Shown: positions 31,639-44,239 of the stretch, one piece after another
Numbering within the stretch: position 1 is the first letter of the stretch
Layout of the letters: every line of letters begins with the position of its first letter
DNA from: Mayamaea pseudoterrestris
Lineage: Eukaryota
NCBI GenBank assembly: GCA_027923505.1
Contig: BROI01000015.1
Span: forward strand, 744,001 to 788,239
Reading direction: 5' to 3'
DNA length: 44,239 nt
Notes under the pieces: generated by a model
Told to the model about the DNA's origin: nothing
Database searches by the model: none
What the model saw: only the letters and a program-made list of their open reading frames with translations
Program-made: the position numbers and the translations under genes

Positions 31639-32409
31639 TCATTTGACTGTGGATACAGCACCATGAGCAGTCTTGTCCTGGCACGCAGCATGGTGTCCCC
31701 CATTCGCCTGGTAGGCTTGACAAACGATATTCAAGAAAGAGTCCTTGTCCTCGTCCATAGCATGCTGGCCGTCAATGACGACCCATGGCACGTACTTGTG
31801 CTCCTTTGGTGTCGCTTTCGCTGCCTTGCGCTGCAATCTCCACGCCTGCTTGACATCGTCATGGCAAGCTGCAATGACGCTAAAGTCCATGGCAGATTCT
31901 CGAGCGCATTCGGCAAATAGTGATCTTGGAATCAATTTATCATCATAGCCCATGGAAAGTGATTGGTCGAGGCAATAGATGAATGGCAGGTATCGGGATG
32001 CATACGGATAAAGCTGGATGGCGCATTGCTCAAAGCTATTGGCGTCGCACTCGGCGGCTCCATGCTGACAAGTGACTTGTTTCTTGGCAGTGTCAATCTT
32101 GGCATTGCCGTAAGGAACAATTGTCAAATCCATGACGGAATCGCCAAGAAGCGCGTACGCTGGATGCAGCTGCTCGAGCATGAATCTCTGGCAGTCAATG
32201 CACAGTGATTCCATGTAAAATTCGACCTTGACCTTTTTGGGATCTGTACGTATGACGGATACATTGTCGCTGCCACCGTGTTGCATGCCAATGTCAAGTA
32301 CGGATGATGGTTGCAGAAAAGTTGCGCAGCCGACTCGAACGGAGACAATGAAAAGTCCAATGATGGAAGCAATAAGCTTCAATACAAGGCCAAACGTGCA
32401 CGTTATCAT
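31639..32409 (-). CDS. Gamma-interferon-inducible lysosomal thiol reductase (GILT) family
   Basis: VKVEFYMESLCIDC (CxxC), VPYGNA, CQHGAAECDAN signature and YVPWVVIDG; N-terminal hydrophobic segment. Confidence 0.93.
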   Translation of the reverse strand: MITCTFGLVLKLIASIIGLFIVSVRVGCATFLQPSSVLDIGMQHGGSDNVSVIRTDPKKVKVEFYMESLCIDCQRFMLEQLHPAYALLGDSVMDLTIVPYGNAKIDTAKKQVTCQHGAAECDANSFEQCAIQLYPYASRYLPFIYCLDQSLSMGYDDKLIPRSLFAECARESAMDFSVIAACHDDVKQAWRLQRKAAKATPKEHKYVPWVVIDGQHAMDEDKDSFLNIVCQAYQANGGHHAACQDKTAHGAVSTVK

Positions 32410-32745
32410 AATCGATGATCAGCTTCTTGCTTACTCGTAAACGCTTCTGTGGCGAGTGCATGCCACGGCCATGGTGCGATGGGCGTCCCGATTCGTGGTG
32501 GACGACATTGTAAACCGTTCGGACAAAAGACGAAAGGCTTATGTGATAATGACGATCTTTTCACTAAAGTTTTTACACACTTAGGCATATATGACTGCGT
32601 CATTACTCGTGGAAAACATCTAGAGGGCATAAGCGTAATGCCACTTTTCATTGATAATAAGAATACGCACGACTCATGTTTCTCATTCATTCTTGGTGAG
32701 CAATTCATTAGTTTTGTTTACAAAAGGTCACACAAGGGACGAACC

Positions 32746-33619
32746 ATGACATCCACACAGCAGCGCAACCGCCTCGGCAGCCTTTTCTTCGCAGCCTGGC
32801 TTTGAACCCGGAGCCTCATGAGAGGGCAATATACATTACAGTGCTTTACACAGATTGCACACTGTGCATACTGCGGTTTGCTACATTGCTACGGACAAGT
32901 ATGAGTACGAGGCAAACGCCAGTTGCGAGGCTACAGGATCGCTGAAACAAAATAGACTTGGCAACTTTGAGGCCATCGTCATATTGCCGCATGCCGACGA
33001 CGATCGCCTTTTGAAAAATTGGGAGACGAGCTCGATGACGATGAGACGATGATGAATCAGCTGAATCGCATCGTCGTCTGGAGTCGTCCGACGAGATGGT
33101 TGGAGATTGGAGATCACCAAATTGACAGCGAAAATGAGTCGCAAGCCAATAATTGCTGGGCGTTTGTTCTTGATGTGGCTCTCAGCGTCACTACCGACTT
33201 GCAGATCAACTATCCACACGTCACGCGATACGATCGATCAGGCCGAACCCGATTGACGGTCGAGAAGCTGAGTACTCGGAAGCATCACGGCAAGTGACTG
33301 GCAAGCTGTAGCAGGATGTTTAAGGCAATCGGCATGGCATTTTCATGCTCGTGGTGACCGACCAGTCTTCCGGCTTGCCGCTGCGGGTGTTGCGTTGGAG
33401 CGCAAGGCCGACCTGTTAAAAATGGCCAGTGCATTGCGTCATGCATGCAACTCGCGCTCAGACGATGCCAGTGGCATTCGGGTGTGCAAGCAGATGCCCT
33501 GGAGAACACGAGGTACTCCTGTATGGTACCGTATATCATTGTGTGGAGTGGAGCACGAGGTCAAGGTGCATGTTGATGCTACAGATACAGTAGTTTATTC
33601 ACGAGGAATGCTATGGTGA
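32746..33619 (+). other. Possible frameshift-ridden gene of unknown function
   Basis: Chain of overlapping short plus-strand ORFs with coding-like composition between GILT and MsrB; no motif recognised. Confidence 0.25.
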
Positions 33620-33777
33620 GTTTGTCATTTTAGAGTTACTGAATTTTTGCAGCAGCGCCAGTCGATGCAGCAATGTTGGCGTGGACGTTGGTAAGGGTGT
33701 TAAGTGGATAGTCGCGAAACGTTCGACGTTCAAATAAATCTATTTTCAGTCACCTTCAACCTCTGGTCTCTCTATAA

Positions 33778-34395
33778 TTAACGTTCCTCGTGTTCGTCTC
33801 GCCGGCGTTCAAACTTGAGCGCCGCTCCATTGACGCAAAACCTAGGTAGCGGTGCGCTAAAGGATTGTCCCCGAGGATCTGTCGATGGACTTCCCAGCAG
33901 TACGGATGTTTCCACCCTCGTTGGTTTCGGCCCATCCAAAAAGACATGTCCGAGATGACTCTTGCAGTTTCCACATTGGCATTCAAGGCGATCCAAGTCT
34001 CGTTCGTAGTGAATCGCTCCTTCGTCCACCGACCTCCAAAACGACGGCCATCCCGATCCTGAGTCGTACTTGGCTTTTGAGTCAAAGAGAGTGTTTCCGC
34101 AGTAGGCGCAGTTGAAAGATCCATCGTATGTTCCGTAGTTGAATGGACTTGTTCCCATGGGTTCCGTCAATCCCAGTCGAAGCACTGCGAGCCGCAATGG
34201 GTTCCGAGTTTGAGTCGGGATCTTCGTTGAATCTTCCATATGACAAATATTGGTTTCCTTTGATTTCATGTACAATGAGTATTTCTCAGTTGCTTCGGTC
34301 GATCGTTGCGTACGTGTCGATGAATGGAAGAAACTGTTAATTGGAAGAAAAGCGGCCGCTTCACGAAACAGCAACAAAAATGTGATTGCTCGCAT
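33778..34395 (-). CDS. msrB: Peptide methionine-R-sulfoxide reductase MsrB, predicted plastid-targeted
   Basis: CAYCGNTLFDSKAKYDSGSGWPSF, CGNCKSHLGHVFLDGP and RFCVNGAALKF; signal peptide ending AAA-FLP. Confidence 0.95.
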   Translation of the reverse strand: MRAITFLLLFREAAAFLPINSFFHSSTRTQRSTEATEKYSLYMKSKETNICHMEDSTKIPTQTRNPLRLAVLRLGLTEPMGTSPFNYGTYDGSFNCAYCGNTLFDSKAKYDSGSGWPSFWRSVDEGAIHYERDLDRLECQCGNCKSHLGHVFLDGPKPTRVETSVLLGSPSTDPRGQSFSAPLPRFCVNGAALKFERRRDEHEER

Positions 34396-34824
34396 TCGTA
34401 TCGCTAATCTTTGTATGTACTGTACATGGAACGTAAAGAGGAGAAAGGAATGATATTATGGCCAGGAGGATGCGCCAATGGAAGAATGAAAGAATGAAAG
34501 AATGAATGAATGAATCAGTCAATCGTCAATCGGCAAGCGTGACAAGCGTGACTCGAATGCGTGACTGACGCAATGGCGCGCCATTCGAAACCCACCAACA
34601 ACCCCTACCGTACCGTGCGACGAAACTTTACTGTATGCATCTAGTAATGAGGCGATAAGGAGTCTTTACTGTAACTTACTACTACTATTGTTCAATCACC
34701 ATTTCTAGGTGCTGCAGTACGCACCGCATCATTCCGATGCATTAGTTCGATGGTGTGCTGGTGCTGATGCGATGAGCAGTGTGTGCTCGAGCATGTACAT
34801 GTATTCTGTGTGCATATAGACAAT

Positions 34825-35759
34825 CTATTCGATACCCATGTCACGAAACTGCCTCAGCAATGGGTCTTCGTCTGGGAGAGAGAGCTGCTCCAACGTGAGG
34901 ACCTTTTGCATTGCCTTGGCGCCAACGGTTCGTTGTAGCAACGTTTCGATATCCATAGCTTTGCGTTCCAGCACGCCAACGTTCCGTTCCATGACTTCCA
35001 ATCGACTCTTCATGACAATGCAATCCTTTAAAGTCGTTTTGAGCTTCTCCAGCGTGAATTGTCGTTCCAGCAGAATCTTCCTCGCCTTTTCCTCGTCTTC
35101 GTCAATGGCCATGGCGACTTTCGCCTTACCCATGAGCGCATTGGCATCAGTTTCAAGGCGCTCGGCAAGTCGCTGCAACGAAAATAAACTGTCTTGAACT
35201 GTTTTCAAGCCTTCACTTGCACGTTCCAGTGCCTCCGCCACCTCTTGGGCAGCCAGTAGCATGTCGGAATCGATCCCAAGTTTTGCCATGTCACTTTCTC
35301 GTGCTTGATTCCGCGCCTTTCTTGCTCCAATATTCGACCCAATGGTCGCTCCAAAGATTGCTCCTGAAATGATGAAAACAAACGAGTATAGCATGAGAAG
35401 GGTCTACGGTAGCGAAATGCACGGGTCATGTCGACATGAGGTGCGTTATTGCATACTGCATGACTGCACGACTCACCAAATGGACCGCCGATCAGTCCAC
35501 CAAGGACAGCTCCTGCAAACGTTTCTCCACCCCCATTCTCTCCTGGTCTCCGTTGACTGACTTCCTGCAAGTCTCGGTTCCATTCATCGGAGCCTGGCTT
35601 CGGCATTACCATCTTCTGCAACGTTGAAACGTGTGGTCGATGAAGCAATGGAATTGAAGGAGAAAAGGCTGATGCGTGAAAGAATGTTTCAAATCCTTTC
35701 CACTGCCGCCAGCATGCGAATAACAAGAGAATTCTCCAGCTTTTGAAAGCAATTGACAT
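34825..35759 (-). CDS. Plastid-targeted glycine-zipper plus coiled-coil protein (PspA/IM30-like); exons 35759-35477 and 35363-34825
   Basis: ASAFSP presequence motif. A 113-bp GTGAGT...TTTCAG intron (35476-35364) joins GAVLGGLIGGPFG to AIFGATIGSNIG in frame. Coiled coil with AKVAMAIDEDEEKARKILLERQ. Confidence 0.8.
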
Positions 35760-36056
35760 GATCTATTTGATTTTGTTCCTAGTACAAGTATAGCAGAGGA
35801 AGACGGACGAGCTGCAGTTTATTTGAATGTGAATGGGAGTCGGGTCGTTGACGCAAGCGTTTCGTGTCATTGCATGACCCTGAAGAAAATTGAGGCAATG
35901 GTTAATGACTCATTTCAAACAACAGGCATGAATAATATTATATCAATGCTATTTCGAGGGTCATGTCTTGATGTCGTTCCGGTAAACTCGTTCCTAGGCC
36001 ATTTCTGACTGCGAAAAACAACCATCCATCACCCACCTCACTCATCTCGCCGCACC

Positions 36057-39000
36057 ATGGCACATTTAGTCGTCTCGGCAGCGACATCATACTTGTTCAG
36101 TCCTTTAGACGAAGAATCGTACCTGCGTGATTATCATGGGTAAAAATCACCAGTCGCAGAAGCGCAAGTCCTCGAAACACAAGGCCAATGGCAACGCCAA
36201 AACTCGGACGCAGGCGGTTGACGTAGTACGTCGGAAACCCATCGGAGTCTAAGGTAGTCGTTGCATGACAGTATATATTCATAACCGTTCTCTATTTTTG
36301 TCTCAGGTGACTGGAAAGGCCACAGTCGAGTACTTTTTCGATCCGTGTCTCTTGATCAAAGGGAAAAGGACGGACAAGATTCCAGTCGACCACGAAGATC
36401 CCCTCTTTTTCGCATCGAAACATCTATTCATGCCGTGTACTATCATCAAGCCATTGGAAGGAGAAAAGGATCATGCAGGAAACACACATACAGCTCCAGC
36501 GCTTGTCAAGACTACGGATGGAACCCTCCACAAGATCACAGACAGCTCAAAGTTGATTGCGCTCGTTTCACCTGACGACTATGTTGGTTGTGACGACGTT
36601 TTGCATCTTCCACAAATTTCAGAGGGAAGCTTGCTTCATACAATTAGAACCAGGTTTCAACGCGACGAGATTTACACCTCGGCTGGTCCAATTCTTATTT
36701 CAGTTAATCCATATCGCGCGACATTTACGGTCGAGGGCGATGACATTTACGCCGAAGAACAAATGCTTCTATATCAGTCATCGCATCATCACGGGAGCTT
36801 TCTTCCAAACAAGCCGCCGCATTTATTTCTGACGGCGAATCGTGCCTACAGTGCTTTGATTGAGTCGGTTCATGCTTCGCAAACTTTACAGTATACAGGA
36901 GAGGACCCAGTGTTGGTGCAGGAGCACCACCTTCATGCACCTGGAACGGTCCGCAACCAAAGCATTATCATAAGTGGCGAATCGGGTGCGGGCAAGACGG
37001 AAGCAACGAAAATTATTATGAAGTTTCTCGCGCGAATTACGCGACGAAAGCAGGCCTCGTTACCGCAGTCGACCTCGATTGATCACCTGGAAGATCAAGT
37101 TTTATCTTCAAATCCTTTATTGGAGGCTTTTGGCAATGCACAGACACTGCGCAACGACAACTCAAGTCGCTTTGGCAAATTTATTCACATTTTTGTGAGT
37201 ACAAATACCGGAGTCATAACGGAGCGTCCATTTCAAAGTAAGTTCATATGTCGTACCATTGTTAATCGAGTGTGTAGCTACTAACGCTGCGTTCTGCCAT
37301 TACTGACTGTATAAAGCTATTTGCTTGAGCGAACACGAATCACGCAGCAAGCGACTGGCGAACGCAACTATCACGTTTTTTACCAGCTACTGTCGGGCGC
37401 GAATCCCGAACTGCTGCATGAGCTTGGCTTGGATGCTGAAGAGGCAAACAGTCTCTCGTACTTGGGTGGAGGGTTTACCAAGACGAAGCACGATGCGGTA
37501 GCTTTTCAGGAAACAATTCACTGCCTCACCAGCATTGGCCTATCAGAGGACGAACAAAGGCACGTTTTCGGTATGGTCGCTGCTGTACTTCATTTTGGGC
37601 AATGTGCGATTCAATGACAACAACGATAATGCCGACCACAGCCGACATTTCGGATGACTCTCGAGCCAGTCTGCAAAAGGCATGCGAGCTTGGAATCAGC
37701 GAACCCAAAATGGCGGGAGGCCATTCTTACCAAAAATCTTGTCGTTGATGGTACATTAATAAAAAGGAACAAAAAACGCCCTGATGGCGGCCGACAAGCG
37801 CGACGCCCTGGCCAAACTGACGTATTCGTCTCTTTTTCTTTGGCTGATTCAGCGAATAAACCAAACGCTAGATGCCGCCTCCCACGGAAATGCCAGCGCG
37901 AAGATTGAAAAGTGACGGTCAAGGTTACATTGGTGTACTGAGATATGGATTCGAGTGTTTCGAGACTAATGGTTTTGAACAGCTGTTGATTAACTACTGC
38001 AACGAGAAACTACAACGCCACTTTAACCGGCAACTTGTTTGAGGTTGAACAGCAAATGTACGCGCAGACGAAGGAGTTGACTGATCGTATATAACGTTCA
38101 ACGACAATCGGCCTTGCGTTGAACGCATTGAGGGCGGTTCTGGAGTAGTGGGGATCTTGGTTACTCTAGACGATGCGTGGGGCAGTGGAATGGGTTCGGC
38201 GGTTGAAAAGGATGCCAAATTTGTCGCCCAGCTACACAAGCGGTTTGGACTGGGAGCGTCATCGTCAAATCTCACCTGGAATGGGAAAGCCAGTGAAACA
38301 ACTCTCGATCGGTGCACATAAGAATTTTTCGACCCCAAAGATTGAACGGACAAAGAGTTTATAATTCAGCATTATGCAGGAGAGGTAAGAGTCGAGATTT
38401 GGGTGGACATGCTTGTCTATTGTAAAAGTTCGACTGACACATATTGCGCTTATATTCGTTCAGGTTCGATACATAGCCGAAGGATTTAACGACAAGAACA
38501 TGGACAATTGAGCAATGAACTTCGCGACCTTGGCGTCGATGCAACGGTAGAACTTGTGACAAACGTGTACGCTTCTGCAGTTTATAGTTCAAACAACTCG
38601 AATAATCTTCGCTCATCCATTCGTGGAGTCGTATCGGTTCCCAGTTTCGGAACATCCTTGCAAAACACTGGTGGACGATTTAGACGAAACACAGCCTCAC
38701 TACATCCGATGGAAAGCCAAATCGCACCAAGACAGCAGGTTCATTTGTCTCCGGGCGAGGTTTTAAAAAGAATTGCGCTATTCGGGTATGATGGAAGCGA
38801 TTCGCATCCGTCGCGAGGGATACGCTTTTCGCGAGGATCTTGAAAGCTTTTCCATCGCTTCAGTGTCCTGCTGACGGACAAAGTTCTGGCGATGGCGATT
38901 TTGGCATTGTTCAACTGGTCAAGACACTGTCCGAACAGTTATGTGACAGGCGCTGATTGGCAGATAGGTCACACGAAGATATTTTTGAAGGCGTGAGCTG

Positions 39001-40704
39001 GCAGAGAAGTTAGAACGGCTTGAGCAAACTTCGAGTCCGCGTCGCAGCTCGCACACTCACAAAATTTGAGCGTCGCTTGGTGCGCGACCAAGTTACAGCT
39101 CTTTTTGATCACGTGGGTCAAGTTTCGCCTCCACACGGTTCGTCGCAAGCGACAGCACGAGGCAGCTACGCGGGTGGCTCTTCCGCTGAGCGACGTCGGC
39201 GTAGACAAAAGCAGTATGTCAAGACGAGACAAGGAATTGTAGCGATTCAAGCTCGTTTTCGATCCATGCTAGCATCACACCGCGTGAATAAGATGAAAGA
39301 CCCTTTCTACGATCTTTCGTTTAAGAATGTAAGGTTTTAGTCGCGTTACAGCAAGAGCAACTCGAAAAGGCTGTGGCGGCCAGCGATTATAAGGCAGCAG
39401 CTGAGTTGGAATCGAAAATGTAAGCGCATGGCCAGTGTTTTAAAGCGCCTTATGTGATATATACACTTAATCTCTTCTTTCTCCACCAGTGCATGCACCC
39501 GGCTTGCAGTGGAAAGTAAGCGGCGCTCACTGCGCAGTCATTGAGAAACGAATTGCTGAATACAAACGCTCTCAATGAAGCAATGAGGACAAAAAGATTT
39601 TAAGGTTTTGCAGTGAACTGCAAGACTCAACTTGAGAATCTTTGCAGCGAAACGGGTGGAAATGCGGACCTAGCGGGAATTGCGCGACAATATACGCGTG
39701 ATCGAATCTGAAATTGCGTCTGCGGCCAGAAATCGTGACTTCGAGGCGGCAGCTGCTGGCCAGACTCGACTTGAAACGCGCTAAGCTCAGGTTTCAGGAT
39801 TGTCTCGACGGAGATGACATTGATGAAGCTCATTTGACAGAAGTGACTCAGCGTGTAGCTCTAGGGAATGCAAGTAATGAGTCACCTACGCTTGACGGTG
39901 TTAAAAAGGAAATACACTCACGCTTTGATCTTGAACAAGCTATTGCGTGTGGCACAGACCCGGTAAATAGAGCTGTCGCATCCAGCAATTACAAGAAGGC
40001 GGAAATGCTACGATCGGAGGTTGACAACCTCACAGGACTACGATCAGCCTATCCAACCGCTGTTGATTGCCAAGAACGTTTACGAGGTCTAAAGATAGAG
40101 ATGGACCATGCGATATCAAATAAGCATTTTACTTTGGCAGAGGAGATTCATGGAAGATGAATGCGCTAGGAAGCAAGACTTGGTCGAGAAGAACCGTTGG
40201 AGCATAAATTTACAAATGAGCCTAAGGGCTCGGAAATGTCGCGTCGTACGATTGCTGGACCACTTCCTACAGTTTCGATTGCCTCCATCTGTGGTGAGTG
40301 TAATTAAGTCGAGCACCTCGGTGCCAGTTGGAAAGCTAATCGAACCGGAGTCTGTGACGAAGTCCGCACAAACTGGCAAGACGGTGGGAAAACTGACCCG
40401 CGAAAACCGTTAACCACGAACTCTTTCGCGACGATTACAACAGTGGCAAAAATTGTTGTCGTCTAAGAGAGCCAGTTCATGCATTATCCTTGGTGATCAA
40501 GAGGAAGTGATGGGCATTGTAACAGATACTGATTTTACAAGGCGTGTTGTCGCCAATCCGGGCATTGACCCAGACTTGACCCTATCGCTCGGCATTGCAG
40601 ACTCCTGATCCTACTTGCATGTCCATTGGAGATTTTGCCATGGATGCCCTCAATACCATGCTGGAGAAATCAGTTTCGCCATCTTCCAGTTACCGATTTG
40701 ACGG

Positions 40705-40739
<35 letters not shown>

Positions 40740-42980
40740 TCGGAACAGTTGATATAGGCAATTGCTTGCACGAAGCCATTGCGAAGCTGGAAACGCTGCA
40801 ATCTCGCAGTCCAAAGGTAGCAGAGGACGCTGTTCATCAAATAGTTCAAGGAGCGACGAATGAGCACCAGAGCTTTAGCATTGCATACCCTTCTTTCGAG
40901 TCCTCATGGCCAAGGACGGGCGGGAAGGCTATTCCGACCTTGCGGGAGCTTATTGCAAGGGCGACCGACCACTATCATTGGCCCTCAAACTAGTAATCAG
41001 GGAAGCTGTAAAGCATGCATGGCGGAAAGCAAACATGCCGCACTGATTGCGAAGATGGACGTCTTGTTGGCATTTTTGATTTAAAGACATGATGTCCCGA
41101 GCAATTGCTACTAGCAACTTTTCTCGCTCGATAAAACCTCAGTGTCTGCTGGTGATGACTCGAGAACCTGAATGCATTTCACCAGACATGACGGTTATTG
41201 ATGCTCTCTATGCTATGGCTGACAACAAATTTTTTATTCCCGTCGTCGAGGATGACGGCCGTGTTGCTGGATTGTGGACGTACTTGATGTCAAATGCATC
41301 GGAGGGCGGTTGGGTGAGATCGTTTTTAAGCAAAGCGTTGGAAGTCGATGATGCATCGACAATTTCAGCTCCAAGTAATTACGGTCCAGTGAGCGTCGCT
41401 TCTATCCGAGCAGAAGGAAGTTGTTGGCGGCAAAAAAGACGGCATTGACAAACCTCCGTCCTATGAAAGCAGTCTTGTCGCTCACCAACGAAAGTATTCT
41501 AAACGTCGCTAAACTTTTTGCAAAGAAAAGCGAAGCGACGCATCACTCGTCGTCTATCCAGAAGGAGCGCTCGCTGGCATAGTAACCGACACAGACTTCA
41601 CTCGGCGGGCTGTTGCAAGAGATCTGGATCTTGCGCAACAACTCCTATTTCTGCCATAATCACGATTGATCCAACGTGCGTAGCACTCGACGAGATCCTG
41701 CCATAGATTGCTCTTGAGTGCATGATCCGAAAACCATTTCCGTCACTTCGCCAGTTGTTGACAGTGAAGGAGCTGTGGTTGGTGGTAGCGTTGATATTAA
41801 GAAAATGTGTGACTGCTGCTATAGCGAAGCTGGAGCGCGCTGGTTCAGACAAACAAATGTTGAAAGGTTCAGGAAGAATTGGTCAAGACGCTTGGCCTTC
41901 GAGGATAATGCAAATGATGCCGCAGGTTGCCTTCAAGAATCTACTTGGCAGTCTACTGTCTCAAGCCAGTGGCGGCGAAGCGCTGCTTTCGACGCTTGCT
42001 GGGCTTTAAAAGGGAAGCCGTCTACTATGGTCAGCCCAACAAAATTCACGGAGGTTGCATTGCGTATGGCGGCCAGTCGGCATGCCGCGCTCATCGTCGA
42101 GAATGGAAAGTTGTTGGGCATTTTTGGCTTTAAGGATATGATGACGCGCGCCATTGCGAATGAATTACCGCTTGATACTCCTGTATTCGATGTAATGACA
42201 TCGGAACCTGAGTCCGTTTCCCCAGATTTGACGGTTCTTGATGCACAGCAAATCATGTACGACAACAAAATATTGACGTTGCCAGTGGTCAATGACTTCA
42301 GGAAACGTCGTTGGCCTTTTGACATCATGGATGTATTATGGCTGCGGTGGAACGGGCTGGATGGCGGTCGATCTTTAGCAATGCAATGGGACCTTGAGGA
42401 ATCGCAGTCAAAGAGCACAGCCAAGAGCGAACTCAAATCCCACCGCCCAGAAATGGTGTTTGCATCGCAAATCCCTTCGCATATTCCAGCAACGCTTGAA
42501 TTTGAAGAGGACAAGCGCTTTGCCGGTAGCACACCTTGGAGAGCTCGGGAAGAGCGCCAACAAAATGGCCTATCAAATGGACGATTTGAGTCGCAGCACT
42601 GCAAATGCAAGCGTTTTTAAAGTCGGATCCTGAACACCCATCGGCAAAATTGTCCTCCAAGCATTGCTTTGCTTCTCGAAAGCGTTTCCGAAAAGTCTGG
42701 CATACCGCATGATAAAATTCGGCTACAATATACAGATGACGAGGGCGATGCAGTGGATAATTACTGGCGACGATGATGTGCGGATGCGAAGCGCTGGGAT
42801 GTCGCGCGGCAAACAGGCAAGGTCATCAAACTCTGCAGTCGCGCGCTTGGAGCCTATTAAGACCAGTACTCTGCTCGCTGACATGCCCCATGAGCAGTTG
42901 CTGCGCGCTTGGAATTGCCGGAGCTTTGGCGATCGTTGGCTTGGCCCCTCCTTGCCCTATCGAAACCAAGAAAGGCATAA
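36057..42980 (+). CDS. Unconventional myosin: motor, IQ, UVR-like coiled repeats, about four CBS pairs, PB1, C-terminal hydrophobic helix; many frameshifts and several introns
   Basis: [88 protein letters not shown] motif [49 protein letters not shown]1 [12 protein letters not shown] (about 42720-42755). Exact start and end are uncertain. Confidence 0.88.
40705..40736 (+). repeat. A32 homopolymer inside a CBS-coding segment
   Basis: 32 consecutive A between the HLPVTDLT and IVGTVDI codons. Confidence 0.9.
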
Positions 42981-43039
42981 TATTTGGCGTAATAAAGCAT
43001 GCTTAGAATAAAACGAACTGCAGGAATTGGGCATTATGC

Positions 43040-44229
43040 ATTAGTCTTAGCAATTTTTGGCAGAAAAATCACACCGCCAACGAGTGAGTTGGTCATTGAC
43101 ACGCTGCTTTCATCATCCGCACCAGTAGTAGCTTGCAGGCCCAGGAAGAAAAAACGGAAGGGTACCAGACAAACTGCCTTGTCGAAACCATTCGAAGGCG
43201 ATGATCATTGATGATGGGAACTAGTTTGGGTTGCCGGCACGTTTCCAACAACCACCGAACGATGCCTTCATTTTGCTGCTCCTGACAATGAGCACGTTGA
43301 GTAGACCATGCTTTCTCCTGGTGCCAGTAATCGGAAATCCATTCGCCTGGGCAAAGACCTTGCAGGGCAATGAGTCGCTAAGCTCCGCCTTGTCCGTCAA
43401 GGAAGCAATGAGACTGCCTCTGCGATGATTGTTCGACTGGTCTTGGTGTTGTTTTTCGAAGAAACGTTCTTGCATGTGCTATCGGAGCCATCCGTGCTAC
43501 ATTCTGCATCAACAAGCACGCGGTCAAATAATAGCAGAAGTTTTGTCGTTACTCCGAAATGTAAGATTCTTCCTGCTCGTAGCAGCTTAGGGCCTGTCGC
43601 GCCTTGGCGCTCTTGTTCATGCGTTTCCCTCTTGCCACAGTGCAATAATTCCTCCGCAGCAACCTGCGAATCAAACACCAAATTGTAAGCTGCAGCTTCG
43701 TCTTGTAGAATAAGTTGTTCCGTCATTGCAGCTATAACTGGATGCAAATATCACTTGTTGGTGTTGCGCCGTCAACAGTATCTGTCTCCGAACTAGACCC
43801 AACCGATAGTTGCTGTCAGTTTCCAAATCAATCTTGATACTTTTGAATGACTCGCACGCAGATATTCGTTCTCCTTCAGATATATCGACTCAATTAATCA
43901 GTGATGCAGTGTTGTTGGTGCGAAGATAGTCTGCCATGGCGCAAAGCTTGAGTCCAGGAGCGCAGCACGTCAAGGACTCTGAGATTTGGCTTGAAATGCA
44001 TGAGAGGATTGCTGCGTAGTAGCGGTTCTGTCAACCCTATTCCTTGACATGTCGGTTCAATGTCAAGCTGATTGGTCAGTAACGCAGCAACGGCTGCTCC
44101 TGAGCTCACGTCTTGGCCGTAGACTCGTCCGATCGAAAGCAAGAGGATTGCGCCAACCAAAGTCACCAGGCAGGGCATAAAATCCCCAAGCTGCGTCAAG
44201 CCACGGAACAAGCATTGGATATTCTTCAT
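43040..44229 (-). CDS. Hypothetical secreted or membrane protein, frameshifted
   Basis: ORF 43894-44229 has a hydrophobic segment (LVTLVGAILLLSIG) followed by broken same-strand ORFs 43397-43747 and 43221-43475; the 3' end is approximate. Confidence 0.4.
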
Positions 44230-44239
44230 TCGCTATAGT

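Noticed and set aside
30301..35759. Functional redox/stress gene cluster (TspO-like, GILT, MsrB, PspA-like)
   Set aside because: The products go to different compartments and there is no shared regulatory motif; co-location in a gene-dense genome is not evidence without synteny or co-expression data.
40595..40993. Poly-lysine protein or retroposed poly(A) tail
   Set aside because: The A32 run has no TSD or upstream SINE/LINE body and sits in an error-rich block; most likely a homopolymer artefact.

Overview
Eukaryotic, diatom-like (stramenopile) nuclear DNA. Evidence: short GT-AG introns, signal peptide plus ASAFAP-type plastid presequences, and diatom-type (CoDi-like) Ty1/copia elements. 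Left part (1-5.2 kb): CpG-poor, partly decayed ORFs and a broken heptad-repeat coiled-coil gene. 5.4-16.3 kb: a DUF1399/GRDP-like gene, an AT-rich J-domain fragment, a 5'-incomplete frameshifted RecN, a TLDc protein, DPH5, a repeat-domain protein and a plastid carotenoid oxygenase, followed by a 5x50-bp palindrome-bearing minisatellite. Centre (17181-29852): a young copia element with identical 241-bp LTRs, into which a second copia element (19833-26436, TSD CGCTG) is nested; removing the inner element restores the outer reading frame. Both PBSs match tRNA anticodon arms rather than tRNA 3' ends (Asn-GTT for the inner element, non-initiator CAT for the outer), which suggests half-tRNA priming. 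The inner element has intact gag-PR-IN and identical terminal repeats but a heavily CpG-decayed RT-RNaseH and an asymmetric 78-bp 5' extension. Right part: a TspO-like membrane protein, GILT, plastid MsrB, a glycine-zipper/PspA-like plastid protein, and a large myosin with IQ, UVR-like, CBS, PB1 and TM tail. Indels cluster in blocks (7.5-8.5, 32.7-33.6, 36-44 kb), probably reflecting uneven assembly polishing. All family assignments are from motif recognition; no searches were run.
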